Source of the DNA: Eledone cirrhosa
Taxonomy: Eukaryota
Reading direction: 5' to 3'
NCBI GenBank assembly: GCA_964016885.1
Contig: OZ024740.1
Location: 296,794,001 to 296,858,000 of the forward strand
DNA length: 64,000 nt
Position numbers and translations under genes: made by a program. Below the pieces are notes generated by a model that saw nothing but the letters and a program-made list of their open reading frames with translations, was not told the DNA's origin and did no database searches. Below, one piece after another: positions 56,221-64,000 of this stretch; the stretch's first letter is position 1; every line of letters begins with the position of its first letter.

Positions 56221-58892
56221 CTAATGGATACAATTTACACTACTAGAACCTTTAGGTTTATAATAAAAGTAAGAATTTGAAATGGCGTGGGGGCAAGAAG
56301 AGAATATCTCGGACTTTCTATTAAGTAAGGTTTCCCTAGAGAAAATTATAGAGTGGGTCTCAAGGATACAGAGATTACAAAATTTAGTATGCGTTGAAAG
56401 GTTATTAGAGCGTGCCACTATACGCCAATTAAGGCTATATGGTATATTAGCCCCCTTAAGATCCCAGATATGGTGTGCTAGAGAAGTAGAATTCTTAAAC
56501 TTAACATGTTTAAAATTAGAGATATGAGGATTAAACCTAGTCTTAAAAGTGTTAGATGTAGAGCCTATATATGTGCTATTAGAGGAATTGGTTTTAACTA
56601 CACAAGCATAAACGATGTTCTTAGAGAGGCAGTTACCGTTCAAAGGGCAGTTAGAACTCACTCTACAGTTACACTTCCGGGTGCTATTGATCGGCTGAAG
56701 TAGTGATGCATCACACGTAGGGTTACTATGAGATAAGGTCTGCTCAGGAGGTAAGGTGTTTATGGATCTATTCAGACTAGTAGTACGTAGAGAGGAGTAT
56801 CCATCCCTAATTTTTCCATTGTTAGTGCTAGCTAAATGAGAATTAATATTAGGGGTGGTAGAGAATGAAAGTTTAATCACATTTTTATTAAAAATACTAT
56901 GGTATTTATTAGTAGGAGGGAAATTTTTCTCTAAGATAGAAAATAAAGACCTAGGGATGTTAGTTAATACTTCCTGATTATATAGCGGGTTAAAATAAGT
57001 ATTTAGTCTCCTTCTATTTTTATCCTTACCAACTCTACCGTTATCTAATATCCCCTAATTAACATTTGGGTTACTATAAGGACTAGTTAAAACCACATTA
57101 TTAGAATCAGCCGAAACTCCATTAAGTCCCTTTCTGTTTCCACCATCATTATATCTGCTGATATCTGGAAACATATCAAAAGGATTAGGGCTATTAATAG
57201 GATCAGTAGAAACAACTCTATTAGAATTAGATTTAGCAAAAGCATTACCACTAAGTGAGCGCTCAGAGGGCTCGACTTGATTCCTAGAAGTATTAGATTC
57301 CCTATTACGAGTCCAGTGGCTTAATTTATGGATGGGTTCAGATACACCTATGTAATTTCTATGATTCTTATGCTTTCTACTCCCATTCATGGCCATATTA
57401 TGGGATATTATGTTATTATTACTATAAGTAAGCGGAGATTTTCTAAGGTTACTATTATTATAATGTATTTTACCAGAGTAACCGGAATTAGCTAGGGCAT
57501 TATTATAGTACTCTGCATGTGCATTAAATGTTCCTACGTCCTTGGAGAGTGTGGAAATCCTATTAGATACACCATTAATTATAGAGCCTATCATAGATTT
57601 GGGGTGGTTAGAATTGGGACTAACATAAGAGAGTATTTCATTAGGCTTATGGAAGGGTTTAAAACTATTAGTGACCAAGTCCAAAGTCACATCTAAAAAG
57701 TTGACCGCTCTATCGTTTCTATCTATCGTGATTGAAAGGTTATAGCTTTTAAAAAAACTTATAAAGCTTCTTCTTATTATGCTCGACGTTGTTGGTGCTA
57801 GAGTTAATCACAAACACTGCATCGTCACGATAAAGTGCGCCTTTAAGGTGCGGAAAGGTAACTTATAGTTTATTTAGGATCAGTTACCTGGGCCGAATCA
57901 CTCGAACCCATTGTAACGTCGAAATTGTTGGGCGTGTTTTTACGGGTCCAAAATGTACCCTCAAAATAATGATAGTTCTACGGGCTGCTAATATAATATC
58001 TACCTGTGATCGTGTAAGGCTGGACACTCTCATGGCCAACATTAAGGCTTTGTTAAGGAGGATGGGTGAAATCGATGTGTAGTAGGCATCAATATCGAAC
58101 TGGATAAACCTACTAGATTCAAGTTTATCAATACCAGTGAACCAATCTATAACCTCCTTAGTGTTCCCCCATAGGTTAAAATTAACCTTCTCCCTAACAT
58201 CTGGTATAATAAGGTCAAGGATTTTTTTACTAATTATGGCTATATCGGACTTGGAAGGACAGATGAGTCTAACAGAGGGATTACTAATGAAGTCTACCTT
58301 ATGATCCTTAAGAGTAAATCTCGGTTCCCTAGGGTAATATGGCTGGGTATACTTATCGAGGCCAAGGTCCGAGACTATCTTAAGACCCTCACTATTGATA
58401 TGGTTCAAATTATCCTGCGTAGTCTTTTTATAGTTTCTATGCAGCTCCTTATAAATAAAATCACGGTAAGCACTGTAATCCATAGAGTATAGATTCTTAG
58501 TATTATCAGCCGGGACAAGAATATACTTATTCGCTCTAAAACCCTTAACAATATTTTTAAGTCTAGACTGGAACTTGTCAAACTTATTATAATTTCCATG
58601 TCTATTATATGGCCTATACTTAATATTTTTGACAAGGGAAAGTAAGTCATTTTCAAAATTATCCAATAGAACATTATGTGGTGGGCTCTTATAAGATTTG
58701 AAGCCAAAGTTATTGAAATGAGTTCTATGCTTGGGGTCAGTCATATTCCTATTAATATCATAGTGGAAAGCACGCCATCTAATCCTTTTTACGAAGGAGT
58801 TAACACTAGCAATTAAGAGTTTTTCATAAGTATTTCTAGAGGGGGTGGGAATATTCTTCAGAGATAAAGGCAGGTAACTCTTTTGTTAGCAT
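56221..58892 (-). pseudogene. PLE RT-GIY-YIG ORF with frameshifts, a small deletion after SDSAQVT and an in-frame TAG at 57055
   Basis: SLKNIP, RIRWRAF, TLKDHK, FIQFDIDAYY, LYRDDAV, NFLDVTLD, CNCR..CPLNGNC, IVY..YIGST, CNLCILE. Confidence 0.9.
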
Positions 58893-59105
58893 ACTGTCAA
58901 ATATATATAAAGGCCAAAACACCAGTATATAGGAGGAAGCTCAACCAGTCAGGAGCAGTAACAAGAATTTAAAATACTAGAGTGTGTTGGAGTTACACAC
59001 CCTCTTCGTATTATAGAAATGACAGTAAAAGTATAGCTCAATGTAATTAAACAGAGCCGAAGAATTATGAAAGTAAACCAAAGAAGCCTTCAATACATCA
59101 AAAGT

Positions 59106-59159
59106 CTTTATTAGCCAACAATGTTTCGTCCTATTAAGGACTCATCAGGGCAATTAAAG
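59106..59159 (-). ncRNA. Minimal type I hammerhead ribozyme (5' pLTR of element 2)
   Basis: Identical to 54332-54385. Confidence 0.9.
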
Positions 59160-59179
59160 CTATAAGAAGCACTATATAT

Positions 59180-59801
59180 ATATATATATATATATTACCG
59201 TCATTACTGATACAAGATTACAAGATTATGTCAACTGTTGACTTTCAAGAGTTCGTATAGTTGAAACCGTTCGTGTTACAGTTCAGTATTATTATAATTG
59301 CTTTACAGTTGACTTTGCCTTTCATCCTTACGGGGTCGATAAAATAAAGTACCAGTAATGCACTGGGTAATTGCTGGCCTTGTGCCTAAAGTAGAAACAA
59401 TTATAATTGCTTTACAGCATCGAGCTATGGCTCTCCACGCTCTGAGCTCAAATCCCGCCGAGGTCAACCTTGCCTTTCATCCCCACGGAGTCAACTAAAG
59501 AGAGCACCAGTAATGCGCAAAAGCAGAAAAATTATTATTATTAAAGTTGTTGTTTTCTTAAGGCCCGGTCGCTGGTGGTGGTGATGGTTGTAGCAGTTGA
59601 TGTTGTTGTTGTGTTGTGTGCGTGTGTGTGTTTTGTTATTTTGAGTGTTTTTTTTGTTGTTGTTTTTTATCGTAAGATGCCGCTGTTGTTGTAAATGTTC
59701 ATTTCAATTCATTCTGAAGCTGTTGTTGCTGTAAACATTAGTGCCGGTGTTGTTGTAGATGTTGGGGTTGAAATCTGGTTGTTTGACTTAGTGATGTATA
59801 T

Positions 59802-59820
<19 letters not shown>
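59180..59820 (-). repeat. Diverged inverted copy of part of the array unit (equivalent to ~8210-8735)
   Basis: TATTACCGTCATTACTGATACAAGATT... and GGCCCGGTCGCTGGTGGTG... are reverse complements of unit sequence. Confidence 0.9.
59309..59399 (+). mobile_element. 5'-truncated SINE with an 18-bp target-site duplication
   Basis: ATTATAATTGCTTTACAG at 59291-59308 and 59400-59417 flanks the SINE 3' half. Confidence 0.85.
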
Positions 59821-59878
<58 letters not shown>

Positions 59879-60772
59879 AGTATGTATGTATACGTACATA
59901 CATATATGTATACAGACGTACAGTAGCATGCATATATATATATATATATATATATACATACATACAGGTACACATACATATATGCACGCATCAGTTTAGC
60001 GGACGCTTATTATAACGCCGCTTTGTTCGTTTGTCAACAAACTGAACAGCCTGAATTTATACCATACGGTGTTAAGGCAACCACGTCACCTTTTTGTTCA
60101 ACACTGACACAGGAACGATGTACTAGTTTCAAGCTTGTTAGCTATCATCAGCACCGTTTACCCATCTGCCAGATAGTTGAACGTTCGAAAGTATATACTT
60201 TCCTTATGAAAATTAACGGCTGAGCAGCCTAATTTGCATATTGAGTGAGTTAAATCGGTCAGGCATACCGAAAACGATAAGTTGAAAAAAAAATGAAAGT
60301 AAGTGCCATACTAAGAGTGAGAAATGAAATTTCGTTTTCATTTTTTTTTCAACTGGATTATTATTGTAGAAGTATACACGTCGTAGGGATTTTTGTTCCC
60401 GTAAGTTTGCGATTTGTGTACAGTTCAATTGCAAACGTATCTTTAAAAAATTATATTGTTTTGTTTCTAAACACACCCCACTTCTCTTGAAGTGGTCGAA
60501 ATTAATTGTTATTTAGCCTTCCTGGGCGAAATTCCAATTTGAACTTTGCATTTAGCAAATACGCCCCCCAAGAAAAATGGCGTCATTCAAAAAACCCATC
60601 TCTCTGCCATGTATACACTGCTGTCGTCGTCGTCGTCGTTCTTTCGGTGGCTGTCGCTGTTCGGTGGTTACCGTTCTGTTGTTTCGATTCATTGATATGC
60701 TCTGGGCTGGATTTTGGTGTTGCTTTCTCAAGGCACCGATGAGGTCATAGCTGTTGCATAACAGTTATCACT

Positions 60773-60814
<42 letters not shown>

Positions 60815-60821
<7 letters not shown>

Positions 60822-61052
60822 AGCTTTCACTGTATTTTTGACTAAAGAAATTTTAGCCTGATAATGGGGTTTAGAACCTCAGATAAATGGAAGAAGATGA
60901 GTATTGACGTACATGGGAGTCAATACTCATCTTTTTCCATTTATCTGAGGGTTCTAAACCCCATTATCAGGCTAAAATTTCTTTAGTCAAAAATACGGTG
61001 AAAGCTATTCTATTTTCTAATTTCAAACCTGCTCACTGTTTCAAAACATACT
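60815..61052. repeat. ~95-bp-arm palindrome plus ~40-bp tail inserted in (TA)n
   Basis: AGAATAGCTTTCAC...GAGTATTGAC pairs with GTCAATACTC...GTGAAAGCTATTCT, with a ~10-nt spacer near 60909-60918. Confidence 0.9.
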
Positions 61053-61659
61053 TATATATATATATACTGTAGTAAAAGTTTGGTAGAAATATCCAAGAGT
61101 AAAAGCATTTAGTCCATAGGACGAGTTTAATATAAATAATTATAACAAGGGTATAAATAGTTACTTAAGTTTCGTTGGGTTCTGGACCCCAACTCATTAA
61201 GTCTGTCATAAGAAAAATTAAAAAATAAAGATGGCCCTGTTGTTGTTGACAGTGGTGGTGTTGTTGTTGACAGTGGTGGTTCTGCTGATGTTGAGAAGCT
61301 GAAGGGTTCAGAATCTAGAGCTCACATTGTATACCAATGGATTAAACCATTAGGCAACATCTTGTCAGCACCATATAGTTTAATCAGGTTAATAAGGAAT
61401 TATTTGTTTGATGGGTATAAGAGCTATCAGTCAATGTTTTCTTCTTCTTTTTCCACTCTTCCTGAGAGGGTTGTGAGGGCAGAGTCCTTAAACACTCCTT
61501 TTAACAGGTCCTGTAAGAAGCAGGGCCTCCAAGAGAAATTTTGCAAGGTGGTACAAGACCCCTTAGAAGTTACATGGTTGCTATGGGGCCTTCATAGCTC
61601 TTGGGCCCCAGAACAAAATACCGGATGGACGCCCCTCTCCCATAGGCCCTGATAAGAAG

Positions 61660-63290
61660 CTACTGTCTGCAACTGATCTGGCTGGATCCCCAAGTAAGAC
61701 CAGCCAAGCTGAGGGATATTATCCAACCATCTTGCTCAGGTTCTACCCCAGGGTCTCTTGCTGGTTGGTTTTGCCTGTAAAATCTGTCCAGCAATTCTTG
61801 CCTCAGACATTCTAACCACGGGCCCATAGTATCGCAGCTGTGAAATTTCAATTCAGAGAAGTAGCAGCTCTACAGGGAGTGACTCTCTGATCCCTGAGCT
61901 ATGCACTTTATCAAGTAACGTTACTCCAAAGACACTTCAGAGGAATCCTATTTCGGCCACTTGAATTTGTTATCATATTCTTTTGTCATTACCTAAGATT
62001 CATGACCATAGGTAAGGGTTGGCATGAAAAGCGAATTGAAGACAGCAAGTTTGGCTTTTACGCCTACCTCCCTTCTGATTACTGTATACTAAAGCTGGAG
62101 CATTACTGCACCAGTTTTTGCAATTCTTGCACTTAATTCAGCCTCCTGCTTTCTATCACTCCTGAACACAGCCCCAAGGTACTTGAAATTCTCTATCTGC
62201 TTCAGTGGAACTCCAGTCATATGTAGCATGCACTGTGCAGGCTTCCTTGAGAGGAGGACTGTCTCAGTTTTCACAGCACTGATTTTCATCCAGCCATGCA
62301 GCATTCGGCATCAAACCTATTGAGTGCAAGTCAAAAATCATCTTCTGTCAAATTAAGTAACACCATGGTGTCTGCAAATTCCAGCCGACTGATTTTAAAC
62401 CCACCAGTCATGATATCACTTCTAACCCAGCTGCATATGTCAATCATGTTCATGAAAATAATGAACAGGAGAGGTGATAGTATGCACCCTTGGTGGAGTC
62501 TGACTCCCACATTGAATGGTTTCGATTTAGCACCATTTATTTAAACACAAATACTCAGGCATTCATATAGAAACAGCAGGGTACTAAGAAGCTGACCATC
62601 AATCCCATACTCCTGCAGAACCTTCCACAGTATGTCCAGAGGAATTCAATCATATGCCTTTCCAAGGTTGACAAAACAAGAATATACTCCCACAATTTCT
62701 CAAAAACCTGCCGCAGTGTCCACACTATTCATCAGCTAGCTTGGACTCAATAATCTCCTTGCATCTCTTTGCCAGATACATGGCATATACTTTACCAGGG
62801 AGGCTTAATAAGGAGATCCCTCTGTCATAGGAATAATTTCTCTTGTCTCCCTTTTTGAAAATTGGGATTATCACTCCGAATTACCATTGCTTATGTGCCT
62901 TTCCAGAGATCCATGCCACTGGGAACACATGAGTCAGCCAGAGAATACCTTCTTTATTTAAGGCTTTTAACATCTTGGGGTGGATTTCGTCTTACCCAGC
63001 AGTCTTGCCACATTTGAGCTCTTTAACTGCTCTTGTGACTTCAACTCCCAAGAAATTAGTTGTCGCTCCAAGATGCACCTTATTTACATCAGAAGATGCT
63101 GTTGTGATTGGGTTTGGAAGATTAGCAAAGTATTCTCTCTACCTCATGAGGATACATCTTTCTGAAGAGAGGAGAACCCCAAATACATTCTTGATAGCAG
63201 GTGTGTAGGAGGGCTTCTTATTAGAGGCAGCCTTTACTCCCCTCATTGCAGCTATGTCACTGGGTTGTGGAAGTCTTCTAAGGAGCTATA
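61660..63290 (-). mobile_element. Degraded RTE-clade LINE
   Basis: RGISLLSLPGKVYA, LGKAYD, QGCILSPLLFIIFM, MKISAVKTETV, FKYLG on the minus strand, with many disruptions. Confidence 0.85.
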
Positions 63291-63324
63291 TAAATATATA
63301 AATATATATAAATATTGTTATTTA

Positions 63325-63510
63325 TAGTGGATTGGCAGTATCAGTAGAGGGTCGGACGCCATGCTTTCCAGCATAGTTACGTCCCTTTACGATCTGAGTT
63401 CAAATCCCGTCGAGGTTGACTTTGCCTTTCATCCTTACGGGGTCGATAAAATAAAGTACCAGTAATGCACTGGGTAATTGCTGGCCTTGTGCCTAAAGTA
63501 GAGACAGTTA
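63325..63510 (+). mobile_element. tRNA-derived SINE
   Basis: A-box-like TGGCAGTATCAGTAG, B-box GAGTTCAAATCCC, and a body shared with 33068-33253. Confidence 0.85.
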
Positions 63511-64000
63511 TTTATATAAATATTGATAAAGCTTTCTCTCAAATAACTATCAATTTATCTTTTCTATATCTTGTTCTTTTTTCTGTTCCCTCTTCAATAT
63601 TATTTAGCCTTTTTTATGTATTTCCACTTACTCTTATAGCTTTCAGTAAAAATTGTATACTTTATGGAACAAGTAAATTCATATCATTTGTGATTTGATG
63701 AGTTGCTTATTGTCCACAAAGCTTGAATAACTCTTATAACAGAATACTGTTCACAGATCTGGAACAGTGTTACTGTTACATAAACAAACATCCCAAAGAA
63801 ATATATTCTATTACTTACACACCAAAACACAACAATTTATAGCTCACAGATATGCTGACTCCTTTATTGAACAACTTTATAACTATTACAATGACCCCTG
63901 TTTCTCTGAATCACTGCCACCAAGGCTTACTCTATACTCCATGCTCTCTTTACTCAAAATGTCTTTCCCACTGTAGATAATCTCCCTCCCCACAAAAGTC

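Larger units (their letters stand above)
54291..59175 (-). mobile_element. Second Naiad-like Penelope element, full-length but degraded, with ~110-bp direct pLTRs, in (TA)n
   Basis: 54291-54401 is repeated at 59065-59175. The ORF is homologous to 2898-5388. Confidence 0.92.

Noticed and set aside
63335-63410. tRNA gene
   Set aside because: The A/B boxes belong to a SINE head with no cloverleaf, and it continues into the dispersed SINE body.
63758-63843. Candidate P450 exon 2 after TTCACAG (also the candidate at ~38600)
   Set aside because: Phase-1 reading reaches a stop with no donor and shows no P450 similarity.

Overview
This is eukaryotic, repeat-saturated DNA. The SINEs, (TA)n/(CA)n microsatellites and LINE families look like those of an octopod cephalopod, which is inferred rather than proven. 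1-34176 is a tandem array of ~3.3-kb units (8 full units plus a partial). Each unit carries the 3' terminus of a minus-strand non-autonomous Helitron, and the array ends in a complete Helitron (33592-34685). Much of the unit is an inverted copy of pieces at 47630-48131 and 59180-59820. The (TA)n tracts are repeatedly hit by Penelope-like elements (PLEs, Naiad-like): one near-intact RT+GIY-YIG element with 1.75-kb inverted arms (676-7638), one degraded full-length element (54291-59175), 3' fragments, a 531-bp hammerhead-bearing tandem/inverted repeat, and three small fold-back palindromes. Minimal type I hammerhead ribozymes from at least five sequence families can be folded by eye, including a U3-A8 core variant. 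Two Naiad leaders share a hairpin with a conserved stem and swapped loop. The remainder is degraded Tx1/L1-like, Dong/R4-like and RTE LINEs, SINEs and minisatellites. The only convincing host coding sequence is a probable first exon of a cytochrome P450 (34943-35105). Most short ORFs in the track are microsatellite translations.
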